From assembly GCF_003018255.1 (NCBI RefSeq), contig NZ_CP027440.1: a stretch of DNA of 64,000 nt. One strand, written 5' to 3'. The DNA comes from Escherichia coli (GTDB lineage Bacteria > Pseudomonadota > Gammaproteobacteria > Enterobacterales > Enterobacteriaceae). The translations under genes and the position numbers were made by a program. Under the pieces are notes generated by a model. The model was given only the letters and a program-made list of their open reading frames with translations, ran no database searches and was not told where the DNA came from. Shown piece by piece: positions 35,248 to 45,707 of the stretch. The first letter of the stretch is position 1. Every line of letters begins with the position of its first letter.

Positions 35248-35290
35248 ACTAATTAAGACTGATGCCCTGCGGAAAAGTTCTGCGGTTGTG
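35248..35290 (-). promoter_or_regulatory. Sigma-E-type promoter of rybB
   Basis: Minus-strand GAACTT (-35-like) and TCTTA (-10-like) upstream of the RybB 5' end. Confidence 0.55.
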
Positions 35291-35323
35291 CAAAAAAATT
35301 TCATTTTCAGGGCAACTTCAGTT

Positions 35324-37009
35324 TTATCCTAATCCTGGCCATACCATGACGATGATTGTCCCTGCCAGCGTCAGCAGGACGTTGGCGATTGCGTAAGTGC
35401 CCGCATAGCCCAGTGCCGGGATATTACTGCGAGCTGTATCACTGATGATCTCCATTGCCGGCGCGCAGGTGCGTGCGCCCATCATTGCGCCGAACAACAG
35501 TGCGCGGTTCATTCGCAATACATAAGCACCGAACAAGAAGCAGATAACCACTGGCACCAGACTGACAATCAATCCGGCAATCAACATCTGACCGCCAATC
35601 GCGCCCAGGCCGTTATTAATACCGCTACCAGCGCTCAGACCAACGCCTGCCATAAACACCATCAAGCCGAACTCCTTCACCATGCTTAATGCACCCTGCG
35701 GAATGTAACCGAAGGTCGGGTGGTTAGCACGCATAAAGCCCAGCATAATTCCGGCGAATAACAACCCGGCAGCGTTCCCCATACCGAAACTGAATGTGCT
35801 GAACTGGAAGGTGATCATCCCGATCATCAGCCCAATAACAAAGAAGGCGCAGAATGCCAGCAAGTCAGTGACCTGGCTGTGAATCGAGATAAAGCCGATG
35901 CGATCGGCGATGGTTTTTACCCGGCGGGCATCGCCGCTGACTTGTAAAACGTCACCTTTGTTAAGCACGACGTTGTCATCAATCGGCATCTCAATCTGGC
36001 TACGTATGACGCGGTTAAGGAAGCAACCGTGATCGGTCAACTTCAGTTGTGCCAGGCGTTTGCCAACAGCGTTATGGTTTTTAACGACCACTTCTTCAGT
36101 GACGATACGCATGTCGAGAAGGTCACGATCGAAAACTTCTTTGCCATTACGGAAACTGGGATCGAGTCGGGCGTGGGCGTCAGGATAGCCTACCAACGCT
36201 ATTTCATCGCCCATTTGTAGTACGGCATCACCGTCTGGATTTGCCAGAATCCCGTTACGCCGAATACGTTCAATGTAACAGCCAGTTTGTCGATAAATAC
36301 CCAGTTCACGCAGATTTTTGCCGTCGGTCCAGGCTACCAGCTCCGGGCCGACGCGGTAGGCGCGGATCACCGGCAAATAAACCTTACGGTTGGCATCTGT
36401 GTCCAGGCCACGTTCGCGGGCGATTTGCTGGGCGCTGGTCTGTAAGTCCTGATGCTGCAATTTCGGCAAGTAACGCGCACCAACAATCAAACTCACCAGG
36501 CCGATTAAATAGGTTAAGGCATACCCGAGGCTCAGATTATCCAGTGCCAATGAGAGCTGCCTGCTTTCCATGCCGGAATGACGCAGTGTATCGCCAGCAC
36601 CGACCAGAACCGGTGTTGACGTCATAGAGCCTGCTAACATACCGGCCGTCAGGCCAATATCCCAGCCAAACAGCTTACCTAACCCTAAGGCGATGACCAG
36701 CGCACTGCCAACCATCACCAGTGCTAACATTAGGTAATTTTTCCCATCGCGAAAAAAAATGGAAAAAAAGTTCGGTCCGGCTTCGACCCCGACGCAGAAA
36801 ATAAACAGCATAAAGCCAAGATTAAGCGCGTCGGTGTTAATGCTGAAATGTTGTTGGCCTAATAACAGCGATACGACTAAAACGCCAATGGAATTACCCA
36901 GTTGGATCGAACCAAGTCGTAATTTCCCGAGACATAGCCCAAGCGCGAGGACCACAAATAATAACAGAATGTAATTCCCATTTAACAATTCGGCGACGTT
37001 TATATTCAC
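35324..37009 (-). CDS. ybjL: Putative AAE-family transporter with TrkA-C domains
   Basis: 561-aa ORF with two hydrophobic domains flanking a soluble central region. Confidence 0.85.
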
Positions 37010-37278
37010 GGAGGCTAACTTCTTGTTTACTAGTAAGCTGTTGAAAGAAATGGTAATTTACGATAATGTTTTTTACCAGAATTCAGGGCGCAGATTCATT
37101 CAGCGCACCTAAACGATAGTAAAGTAACAATATATTTTACTAGTGTAATCACATTAGGTATCAACGGCTATATGAATTGCGTTGGCCTATATTAGCATGG
37201 AATGCGAAGCGGCTTTATCTTACTGAACGCCACACTGGCGAAAAATGTGTTCGATAGACGCAGTGTCAGGAGGAACGA

Positions 37279-37656
37279 GTGAAACATAAACAACGTTGGG
37301 CGGGGGCAATCTGCTGTTTTGTCCTCTTCATTGTGGTGTGTCTTTTTCTGGCGACACACATGAAAGGCGCTTTTCGGGCTGCCGGGCATCCTGAAATCGG
37401 TTTGCTATTTTTCATTCTTCCTGGTGCAGTTGCCAGCTTCTTTTCACATCGTAGAGAAGTCCTGAAACCTCTGTTTGGCGCAATGCTGGCGGCACCCTGT
37501 TCGATGCTCATTATGCGGCTGTTTTTTTCACCGACGCGCTCATTCTGGCAAGAGCTGGCATGGTTATTAAGTGCGGTGTTCTGGTGTGCGCTGGGGGCAT
37601 TGTGTTTCTTATTTATCAGTAGTTTGTTTAAACCACAGCACAGAAAAAATCAATAA
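37279..37656 (+). CDS. ybjM: Inner membrane protein
   Basis: 125-aa hydrophobic ORF. Confidence 0.8.
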   Translation: MKHKQRWAGAICCFVLFIVVCLFLATHMKGAFRAAGHPEIGLLFFILPGAVASFFSHRREVLKPLFGAMLAAPCSMLIMRLFFSPTRSFWQELAWLLSAVFWCALGALCFLFISSLFKPQHRKNQ

Positions 37657-37668
37657 AGCCCTCAACGC
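37647..37668. terminator. Hairpin between convergent ybjM and grxA
   Basis: Stem AGCCCTC / GAGGGCT with 5-nt loop; T-rich tract on the minus-strand reading. Confidence 0.6.
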
Positions 37669-37685
37669 GAGGGCTTGTCAGACGA

Positions 37686-37943
37686 TCAGGCGTCCAGATT
37701 CTCTTTCACCCATGCAGCAAAATCGGTATAGCCGCCGATATGTTGCTGATCGACAAAAATCTGCGGCACGGTTTCTACGGGTTTTCCTGCCTTTTGTTGT
37801 AGATCTTCTTTAGTGATCCCTTCCGCACGAATATCTACATACTGATACTGGAAATCATCGCGTTCATTGCTCAATTTCTCAGCCAGATCTTTTGCACGCA
37901 CACAGTAAGGGCAACCCGGACGACCAAAAATAACGGTTTGCAT
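37686..37943 (-). CDS. grxA: Glutaredoxin 1
   Basis: About 85-aa ORF with CPYC active site (MQTVIFGRPGCPYC). Confidence 0.9.
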   Translation of the reverse strand: MQTVIFGRPGCPYCVRAKDLAEKLSNERDDFQYQYVDIRAEGITKEDLQQKAGKPVETVPQIFVDQQHIGGYTDFAAWVKENLDA

Positions 37944-38102
37944 TATTTCTCTCCTCATAGATTTATACCTGTAATGATCACGCTAAAATGTATTCGCTGA
38001 AAGTAGGTTTAACCTGTTGCATTAATTGCTAAAAGCTATAACTGTTAAACACAATACAGTGAAAAGTTTTAGACTGAAGGCTCACTTTGCAGAGGGAAGC
38101 GT

Positions 38103-38390
38103 ATGCGCGCGATCGGTAAATTGCCTAAAAGCGTGTTGATACTGGAATTTATCGGAATGATGTTGCTGGCGGTGGCGCTGCTGTCGGTAAGCGGCTCCCT
38201 GTCGCTGCCTGAGCCATTTTCTCGGCCAGAAGTGCAGATTCTGATGATTTTTCTCGGTGTTTTGCTCATGCTTCCCGCTGCGGTGGTGGTTATTCTTCAG
38301 GTGGCAAAACGTCTTGCCCCACAGCTGATGAACCGTCCACCGCAATATTCACGTTCAGAAAGAGAAAAAGATAATGACGCCAACCATTGA
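38103..38390 (+). CDS. ybjC: Small inner membrane protein
   Basis: 95-aa hydrophobic ORF; its 3' end overlaps the nfsA start. Confidence 0.8.
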   Translation: MRAIGKLPKSVLILEFIGMMLLAVALLSVSGSLSLPEPFSRPEVQILMIFLGVLLMLPAAVVVILQVAKRLAPQLMNRPPQYSRSEREKDNDANH

Positions 38391-39096
38391 ACTTATTTGT
38401 GGCCATCGCTCCATTCGCCATTTCACTGATGAACCCATTTCCGAAGCGCAGCGTGAGGCGATTATTAACAGCGCCCGTGCGACGTCCAGTTCCAGTTTTT
38501 TGCAGTGCAGTAGCATTATTCGCATTACCGACAAAGCGTTACGTGATGAACTGGTGACGCTGACCGGCGGGCAAAAACACGTAGCGCAAGCGGCGGAGTT
38601 CTGGGTGTTCTGTGCCGACTTTAACCGCCATTTACAGATCTGTCCGGATGCACAACTTGGCCTGGCGGAACAACTGTTGCTCGGTGTCGTTGATACGGCA
38701 ATGATGGCGCAGAATGCATTAACCGCAGCGGAATCGCTGGGATTGGGCGGGGTATATATCGGCGGCCTGCGCAATAATATTGAAGCGGTGACGGAGCTGC
38801 TGAAATTACCGCAGCATGTTCTGCCGCTGTTTGGGCTGTGCCTTGGCTGGCCTGCGGATAATCCGGATCTTAAGCCGCGTTTACCGGCCTCCATTTTGGT
38901 GCATGAAAACAACTATCAACCGCTGGATAAAGACGCACTGGCGCAGTATGACGAACAACTGGCGGAATATTACCTCACCCGTGGCAGCAATAATCGCCGG
39001 GATACCTGGAGCGATCATATCCGCCGAACAATCATTAAAGAAAGCCGCCCATTTATACTGGATTATTTGCACAAACAGGGTTGGGCGACGCGCTAA
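38374..39096 (+). CDS. nfsA: Oxygen-insensitive NADPH nitroreductase
   Basis: 240-aa ORF of the nitroreductase family (MTPTIELICGHRSIRHFTDEPISEAQREAII). Confidence 0.9.
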   Translation: MTPTIELICGHRSIRHFTDEPISEAQREAIINSARATSSSSFLQCSSIIRITDKALRDELVTLTGGQKHVAQAAEFWVFCADFNRHLQICPDAQLGLAEQLLLGVVDTAMMAQNALTAAESLGLGGVYIGGLRNNIEAVTELLKLPQHVLPLFGLCLGWPADNPDLKPRLPASILVHENNYQPLDKDALAQYDEQLAEYYLTRGSNNRRDTWSDHIRRTIIKESRPFILDYLHKQGWATR

Positions 39097-39156
39097 AACC
39101 GCCACGCCGATGTATGATACGCGGGCTTTTGACCAGGTCTGACAGAGAGGTGCAGG

Positions 39157-40059
39157 GTGAAAATTGCCATATTGTCCCGGGATGGAACGCTCTATTCGTG
39201 TAAGCGGCTGCGTGAAGCCGCTATACAGCGCGGTCACCTGGTTGAAATTCTTGATCCGCTTTCTTGCTACATGAACATAAATCCTGCGGCGTCTTCTATT
39301 CACTACAAAGGCCGCAAGTTACCCCATTTTGATGCTGTGATCCCGCGTATTGGTACCGCCATTACCTTTTATGGGACGGCGGCACTGCGCCAGTTCGAGA
39401 TGCTGGGGAGCTATCCGCTCAATGAGTCGGTCGCCATTGCCCGGGCGCGTGACAAATTGCGTTCCATGCAACTGCTGGCGCGTCAGGGCATCGACCTGCC
39501 TGTCACGGGCATTGCGCATTCGCCGGATGATACCAGCGATTTAATCGACATGGTCGGTGGTGCGCCGCTGGTGGTCAAGCTGGTTGAAGGCACGCAGGGA
39601 ATTGGTGTCGTGCTGGCGGAGACGCGCCAGGCGGCGGAAAGCGTGATTGACGCTTTCCGCGGTCTGAACGCGCATATTCTGGTGCAGGAATATATCAAAG
39701 AGGCGCAAGGGTGCGATATCCGCTGTCTGGTTGTTGGCGATGAAGTGGTCGCTGCGATTGAACGGCGGGCGAAAGAGGGCGATTTTCGTTCCAATTTGCA
39801 TCGTGGCGGCGCGGCAAGCGTCGCCAGTATCACACCACAGGAGCGTGAAATCGCGATAAAAGCCGCGCGAACGATGGCGCTGGACGTTGCTGGTGTGGAT
39901 ATTCTGCGTGCTAATCGCGGGCCATTGGTGATGGAGGTGAATGCGTCGCCGGGGCTGGAAGGAATAGAAAAAACCACCGGTATCGACATCGCGGGTAAAA
40001 TGATCCGCTGGATCGAACGCCACGCTACGACGGAATATTGCCTGAAAACGGGTGGTTAG
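39157..40059 (+). CDS. rimK: Ribosomal protein S6 glutamate ligase (ATP-grasp)
   Basis: 300-aa ATP-grasp ORF. Confidence 0.9.
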   Translation: MKIAILSRDGTLYSCKRLREAAIQRGHLVEILDPLSCYMNINPAASSIHYKGRKLPHFDAVIPRIGTAITFYGTAALRQFEMLGSYPLNESVAIARARDKLRSMQLLARQGIDLPVTGIAHSPDDTSDLIDMVGGAPLVVKLVEGTQGIGVVLAETRQAAESVIDAFRGLNAHILVQEYIKEAQGCDIRCLVVGDEVVAAIERRAKEGDFRSNLHRGGAASVASITPQEREIAIKAARTMALDVAGVDILRANRGPLVMEVNASPGLEGIEKTTGIDIAGKMIRWIERHATTEYCLKTGG

Positions 40060-40146
40060 TCGCAATCACATTACTGATCATGGTTTTGCCTGCGCTTTTT
40101 GCGTAAGCTGTGCCGGTCTTTTTATCGAAAGAGGTTGTACAAAATT

Positions 40147-40623
40147 ATGACATCGCTGGTCGTTCCTGGTCTGGATACGCTGCGTCAATGGCTCGATGAC
40201 CTGGGGATGAGTTTTTTTGAATGTGATAACTGTCAGGCTCTGCATCTGCCCCATATGCAGAATTTCGACGGTGTCTTTGATGCCAAAATCGATCTGATCG
40301 ATAACACGATCCTGTTTTCTGCCATGGCGGAAGTCCGACCTTCAGCCGTATTGCCGCTGGCGGCGGATTTATCTGCCATCAATGCCAGTTCGCTGACCGT
40401 GAAAGCATTTCTTGATATGCAGGATGATAATCTGCCAAAGCTGGTGGTTTGCCAGTCTTTATCCGTTATGCAGGGCGTAACCTATGAGCAGTTTGCATGG
40501 TTCGTGCGTCAGAGCGAAGAGCAGATTTCGATGGTCATTCTTGAAGCTAATGCCCATCAACTGCTGTTACCGACTGACGATGAAGGGCAAAACAACGTTA
40601 CCGAAAACTATTTCCTCCACTGA
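40147..40623 (+). CDS. ybjN: Conserved protein YbjN
   Basis: ATG giving MTSLVVPGLDTLRQWLDDLG (158 aa); the ORF track start at 40099 is an upstream extension. Confidence 0.8.
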   Translation: MTSLVVPGLDTLRQWLDDLGMSFFECDNCQALHLPHMQNFDGVFDAKIDLIDNTILFSAMAEVRPSAVLPLAADLSAINASSLTVKAFLDMQDDNLPKLVVCQSLSVMQGVTYEQFAWFVRQSEEQISMVILEANAHQLLLPTDDEGQNNVTENYFLH

Positions 40624-40973
40624 TAACTCCTTTCGAGTACGCAGTCGCTGCCGCAGTGACTGCGTGCTGCAAAATTATCTGCTATTCTTAACCTTTTCTT
40701 AAAGATTATTTCACTTCTCTTGTGCCGATTTGGCTTTATCACATAGAGCAAATACGCATAAAAATTTGTTAAATACCGTTTTTTAATCCGAGCTATAGTC
40801 TCAAACCCTGGCTAAAGTTATTCTTGCGATGCTTTTATATAGCGAGCAGTGCTGGCCGGGAGAGAGTTCTCTTTTCTTACACCGCGCCGATAAAAAATAT
40901 GCACGTTTATTGCATATCTTTCAGTGTGACAACTTTTGTTCGTTTGTTAACGAACTTTCAGAAGGAAAGAGAT

Positions 40974-42086
40974 ATGACCGCCTTAAATAAAAAATGGCTA
41001 TCGGGTCTGGTTACGGGTGCTCTGATGGCCGTCTCTGTCGGCACGCTCGCGGCTGAACAAAAAACACTTCACATTTATAACTGGTCTGATTATATCGCCC
41101 CGGACACGGTGGCCAATTTTGAAAAAGAAACCGGTATTAAAGTCGTCTACGATGTTTTCGACTCTAACGAAGTACTGGAAGGCAAATTAATGGCGGGTAG
41201 CACCGGCTTTGACCTGGTGGTGCCGTCAGCAAGCTTTCTTGAACGCCAGTTGACTGCGGGAGTTTTCCAGCCGCTGGACAAAAGCAAATTGCCGGAGTGG
41301 AAGAATCTCGATCCGGAGCTGCTGAAGTTAGTTGCCAAACACGATCCCGACAATAAATTTGCTATGCCCTATATGTGGGCGACGACCGGGATTGGCTATA
41401 ACGTTGATAAAGTTAAAGCGGTGCTGGGCGAAAACGCGCCCGTCGATAGCTGGGACTTGATCCTCAAGCCTGAAAATCTGGAAAAACTGAAAAGCTGCGG
41501 CGTCTCTTTCCTTGATGCACCGGAAGAAGTGTTTGCTACCGTGCTGAATTATCTCGGTAAAGATCCCAACAGCACTAAAGCAGATGATTACACCGGACCG
41601 GCAACCGATCTGCTGTTAAAGCTGCGCCCGAACATTCGTTATTTCCATTCATCTCAATACATTAACGACCTGGCAAACGGCGATATCTGCGTCGCTATTG
41701 GCTGGGCGGGCGATGTCTGGCAGGCGTCAAACCGCGCGAAGGAAGCGAAGAATGGCGTTAATGTCTCGTTCTCGATTCCGAAAGAAGGGGCGATGGCGTT
41801 CTTTGATGTCTTCGCCATGCCTGCGGATGCCAAAAATAAAGACGAAGCCTATCAGTTCCTGAATTACCTGCTGCGCCCGGATGTGGTGGCGCATATTTCC
41901 GACCATGTGTTCTATGCTAACGCCAATAAAGCAGCTACGCCGCTGGTGAGTGCGGAAGTCCGTGATAACCCGGGTATTTACCCGCCTGCGGATGTTCGTG
42001 CGAAGCTGTTCACTCTGAAAGTACAGGATCCGAAAATCGACCGTGTGCGCACCCGCGCGTGGACCAAAGTGAAGAGCGGAAAATAA
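40974..42086 (+). CDS. potF: Putrescine ABC transporter periplasmic binding protein
   Basis: ATG with GGAAAGAG Shine-Dalgarno giving MTALNKKWLSGLVTGALMAVSVGTLA (signal peptide); the ORF track start at 40824 is an extension. Confidence 0.9.
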   Translation: MTALNKKWLSGLVTGALMAVSVGTLAAEQKTLHIYNWSDYIAPDTVANFEKETGIKVVYDVFDSNEVLEGKLMAGSTGFDLVVPSASFLERQLTAGVFQPLDKSKLPEWKNLDPELLKLVAKHDPDNKFAMPYMWATTGIGYNVDKVKAVLGENAPVDSWDLILKPENLEKLKSCGVSFLDAPEEVFATVLNYLGKDPNSTKADDYTGPATDLLLKLRPNIRYFHSSQYINDLANGDICVAIGWAGDVWQASNRAKEAKNGVNVSFSIPKEGAMAFFDVFAMPADAKNKDEAYQFLNYLLRPDVVAHISDHVFYANANKAATPLVSAEVRDNPGIYPPADVRAKLFTLKVQDPKIDRVRTRAWTKVKSGK

Positions 42087-42180
42087 TCCGCAGTCGTAGA
42101 TGCCGGACGGGCGCACCACGCCCGCCGGCAATTCGCACCATTATGGTGCGCTTGCACACATTCAATGCCGGAGAGCAGCC

Positions 42181-43314
42181 GTGAATGACGCTATCCCTCG
42201 CCCGCAGGCGAAAACCCGTAAGGTGCTGACGCCGCTATTAGAAATCCGTAATCTGACTAAATCTTACGATGGTCAGCATGCGGTCGATGATGTCAGCCTG
42301 ACCATCTATAAAGGCGAAATCTTCGCGCTGCTGGGCGCATCCGGCTGTGGCAAGTCCACGCTGCTGCGTATGCTGGCAGGTTTCGAACAACCTTCTGCCG
42401 GACAGATAATGCTTGATGGCGTCGATTTGTCACAGGTTCCGCCTTACCTGCGCCCCATAAATATGATGTTTCAGTCTTACGCGCTGTTTCCGCATATGAC
42501 CGTGGAACAGAACATCGCTTTTGGCCTGAAACAGGACAAACTACCGAAAGCGGAAATTGCCAGCCGGGTCAATGAGATGCTCGGGCTGGTGCATATGCAG
42601 GAGTTCGCCAAACGCAAACCGCATCAGCTTTCCGGCGGTCAGCGACAGCGTGTGGCACTGGCCCGAAGCCTTGCCAAGCGCCCGAAACTATTACTGCTCG
42701 ATGAGCCTATGGGCGCGCTGGATAAAAAGCTGCGTGACCGGATGCAGCTTGAAGTGGTGGATATTCTGGAGCGTGTCGGTGTGACTTGTGTGATGGTCAC
42801 CCACGATCAGGAAGAGGCGATGACCATGGCGGGGCGTATCGCCATTATGAATCGAGGGAAATTTGTCCAGATTGGCGAACCGGAAGAGATCTACGAGCAT
42901 CCGACCACTCGCTACAGCGCCGAATTTATTGGCTCGGTTAATGTCTTTGAAGGTGTACTCAAAGAGCGTCAGGAAGATGGTCTGGTGCTTTATTCGCCGG
43001 GGCTGGTGCATCCACTGAAAGTCGATGTAGATGCTTCGGTGGTCGATAATGTGCCGGTGCATGTGGCGCTGCGCCCGGAAAAAATCATGCTTTGCGAGGA
43101 ACCTCCCGCTGACGGTTTTAACTTTGCGGTAGGTGAGGTGATGCACATTGCCTATCTCGGCGATCTTTCGGTGTATCACGTTCGTCTCAAGAGCGGACAG
43201 ATGATCAGCGCTCAGCTACAAAACGCTCATCGATATCGCAAAGGGTTACCAACCTGGGGCGACGAAGTGCGTTTGTGCTGGGAAGTGGACAGCTGTGTGG
43301 TGCTGACGGTTTAA
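42181..43314 (+). CDS. potG: Putrescine ABC transporter ATPase
   Basis: GTG start; Walker A GASGCGKST; ABC signature LSGGQ. Confidence 0.85.
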   Translation: MNDAIPRPQAKTRKVLTPLLEIRNLTKSYDGQHAVDDVSLTIYKGEIFALLGASGCGKSTLLRMLAGFEQPSAGQIMLDGVDLSQVPPYLRPINMMFQSYALFPHMTVEQNIAFGLKQDKLPKAEIASRVNEMLGLVHMQEFAKRKPHQLSGGQRQRVALARSLAKRPKLLLLDEPMGALDKKLRDRMQLEVVDILERVGVTCVMVTHDQEEAMTMAGRIAIMNRGKFVQIGEPEEIYEHPTTRYSAEFIGSVNVFEGVLKERQEDGLVLYSPGLVHPLKVDVDASVVDNVPVHVALRPEKIMLCEEPPADGFNFAVGEVMHIAYLGDLSVYHVRLKSGQMISAQLQNAHRYRKGLPTWGDEVRLCWEVDSCVVLTV

Positions 43315-43323
43315 GGAGCAAAG

Positions 43324-44277
43324 ATGAGTACACTTGAACCTGCTGCCCAGCCCAAACCGCCGGGCGGATTTAAGCTGTGGTTGTCGCAGCTGCAAATGAA
43401 GCATGGGCGCAAACTGGTCATTGCGTTGCCGTATATCTGGTTGATCCTGCTGTTTCTGCTGCCATTTCTGATCGTCTTTAAAATAAGTCTGGCGGAGATG
43501 GCGCGCGCCATTCCGCCTTATACCGAACTGATGGAGTGGGCTGACGGGCAACTGTCCATCACTCTTAATCTCGGTAATTTTCTGCAACTGACTGACGATC
43601 CGCTCTATTTCGATGCTTATCTCCAGTCGCTACAGGTGGCTGCGATTTCGACATTTTGCTGTTTACTGATCGGCTATCCGCTGGCGTGGGCGGTGGCGCA
43701 CAGTAAGCCTTCGACCCGTAATATCTTATTACTACTGGTGATCCTGCCGTCGTGGACCTCGTTTCTGATCCGCGTTTATGCCTGGATGGGAATATTAAAA
43801 AACAACGGTGTGCTGAATAATTTTCTGCTGTGGCTGGGGGTTATCGATCAACCGTTGACCATTCTGCATACCAACCTGGCGGTTTATATCGGCATTGTTT
43901 ACGCCTATGTGCCGTTTATGGTGCTGCCGATCTACACCGCCTTGATTCGTATTGATTATTCGCTGGTGGAAGCGGCACTGGATCTCGGTGCACGACCGCT
44001 GAAAACGTTCTTTACTGTGATCGTGCCGCTGACCAAAGGCGGGATTATTGCCGGATCGATGCTGGTGTTTATCCCGGCTGTGGGCGAGTTTGTGATCCCT
44101 GAACTGCTCGGTGGCCCGGACAGCATCATGATCGGGCGCGTGCTGTGGCAGGAGTTTTTCAATAACCGCGACTGGCCGGTGGCCTCGGCGGTAGCGATCA
44201 TCATGTTGCTGCTGCTAATTGTGCCGATAATGTGGTTTCACAAACACCAGCAAAAAAGCGTGGGAGAACACGGATGA
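43324..44277 (+). CDS. potH: Putrescine ABC transporter permease
   Basis: 317-aa hydrophobic ORF. Confidence 0.9.
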   Translation: MSTLEPAAQPKPPGGFKLWLSQLQMKHGRKLVIALPYIWLILLFLLPFLIVFKISLAEMARAIPPYTELMEWADGQLSITLNLGNFLQLTDDPLYFDAYLQSLQVAAISTFCCLLIGYPLAWAVAHSKPSTRNILLLLVILPSWTSFLIRVYAWMGILKNNGVLNNFLLWLGVIDQPLTILHTNLAVYIGIVYAYVPFMVLPIYTALIRIDYSLVEAALDLGARPLKTFFTVIVPLTKGGIIAGSMLVFIPAVGEFVIPELLGGPDSIMIGRVLWQEFFNNRDWPVASAVAIIMLLLLIVPIMWFHKHQQKSVGEHG

Positions 44278-45119
44278 ATAATTTACCGGTTGTTCGTTCG
44301 CCCTGGCGGATTGTGATTTTGCTGCTGGGCTTCACCTTTCTCTACGCGCCAATGCTGATGCTGGTGATCTATTCATTCAACAGCTCGAAACTGGTGACGG
44401 TGTGGGCCGGCTGGTCAACACGCTGGTATGGTGAGTTATTGCGCGATAACGCGATGATGAGTGCGGTTGGTTTAAGCCTGACAATTGCGGCCTGTGCGGC
44501 GACGGCGGCGGCGATCCTCGGGACGATTGCGGCGGTCGTGCTGGTGCGCTTTGGTAGGTTTCGCGGATCAAATGGTTTTGCCTTTATGATCACCGCGCCG
44601 CTGGTGATGCCAGATGTCATCACGGGCTTGTCGCTATTGTTGTTATTCGTCGCGCTTGCTCATGCTATTGGCTGGCCTGCGGACCGCGGTATGCTCACCA
44701 TCTGGCTGGCGCATGTCACTTTCTGTACGGCTTATGTGGCAGTCGTTATTTCGTCGCGTCTGCGGGAACTGGATCGCTCGATAGAAGAAGCCGCGATGGA
44801 TCTCGGTGCGACGCCGCTGAAAGTGTTTTTTGTCATTACGCTACCGATGATCATGCCCGCGATCATTTCTGGCTGGTTACTGGCTTTTACTTTGTCGCTT
44901 GATGATCTGGTGATCGCCAGCTTTGTTTCCGGGCCGGGAGCCACCACTTTACCGATGCTGGTCTTTTCCAGCGTGCGGATGGGGGTGAATCCGGAAATCA
45001 ACGCCCTGGCAACATTGATCCTCGGCGCGGTCGGAATTGTCGGATTTATCGCCTGGTATCTGATGGCGCGCGCAGAAAAACAGCGGATACGCGACATCCA
45101 GCGTGCAAGACGTGGCTGA
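44274..45119 (+). CDS. potI: Putrescine ABC transporter permease
   Basis: ATG overlapping the potH stop (ATGA); MNNLPVVRSPWRIVILLLGF; 281 aa. Confidence 0.9.
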   Translation: MNNLPVVRSPWRIVILLLGFTFLYAPMLMLVIYSFNSSKLVTVWAGWSTRWYGELLRDNAMMSAVGLSLTIAACAATAAAILGTIAAVVLVRFGRFRGSNGFAFMITAPLVMPDVITGLSLLLLFVALAHAIGWPADRGMLTIWLAHVTFCTAYVAVVISSRLRELDRSIEEAAMDLGATPLKVFFVITLPMIMPAIISGWLLAFTLSLDDLVIASFVSGPGATTLPMLVFSSVRMGVNPEINALATLILGAVGIVGFIAWYLMARAEKQRIRDIQRARRG

Positions 45120-45150
45120 AGACACTAAAATTTGCCAACCTGGCTACATA

Positions 45151-45178
45151 ATGCCGCGCATGTCGCGGCATTGTTTTC
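45151..45178 (+). terminator. Rho-independent terminator after potI, ending directly at the ybjO start codon
   Basis: Stem ATGCCGCG / CGCGGCAT with 5-nt loop, then TGTTTTC, then ATG of ybjO at 45179. Confidence 0.7.
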
Positions 45179-45667
45179 ATGGAAGACGAAACGTTGGGAT
45201 TTTTTAAGAAAACATCTTCATCTCATGCTCGCCTGAATGTGCCTGCGCTGGTGCAGGTGGCGGCGCTCGCCATTATTATGATCCGTGGCCTCGACGTGCT
45301 GATGATTTTCAATACGCTGGGCGTGCGCGGTATTGGCGAGTTCATTCATCGCAGCGTACAAACCTGGAGTTTAACGCTGGTCTTTTTGAGCAGTCTGGTG
45401 CTGGTTTTCATTGAGATCTGGTGTGCGTTTTCACTGGTGAAAGGGCGTCGCTGGGCGCGCTGGCTGTATCTGTTGACACAAATCACGGCCGCAAGTTACT
45501 TGTGGGCAGCTTCGCTGGGGTATGGTTATCCGGAGCTGTTCAGCATTCCCGGTGAATCAAAACGTGAAATCTTCCATAGCCTGATGCTGCAGAAGCTGCC
45601 GGATATGCTCATCCTGATGCTGCTGTTCGTTCCCTCGACCAGTCGGCGGTTCTTCCAGTTGCAATAA
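45179..45667 (+). CDS. ybjO: Inner membrane protein
   Basis: 162-aa ORF with hydrophobic segments. Confidence 0.8.
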   Translation: MEDETLGFFKKTSSSHARLNVPALVQVAALAIIMIRGLDVLMIFNTLGVRGIGEFIHRSVQTWSLTLVFLSSLVLVFIEIWCAFSLVKGRRWARWLYLLTQITAASYLWAASLGYGYPELFSIPGESKREIFHSLMLQKLPDMLILMLLFVPSTSRRFFQLQ

Positions 45668-45707
45668 TGTGTATAATCGTCGCCCCTGATGATGTGAAGG
45701 TCAATGT

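Noticed and set aside
42087-42180. Possible REP element between potF and potG
   Set aside because: An imperfect GC-rich inverted repeat (GCCGGACGGGCG...CGCCCGCCGGC) is present, but its similarity to the REP consensus is weak and it may simply be an attenuating hairpin; not called as a feature.
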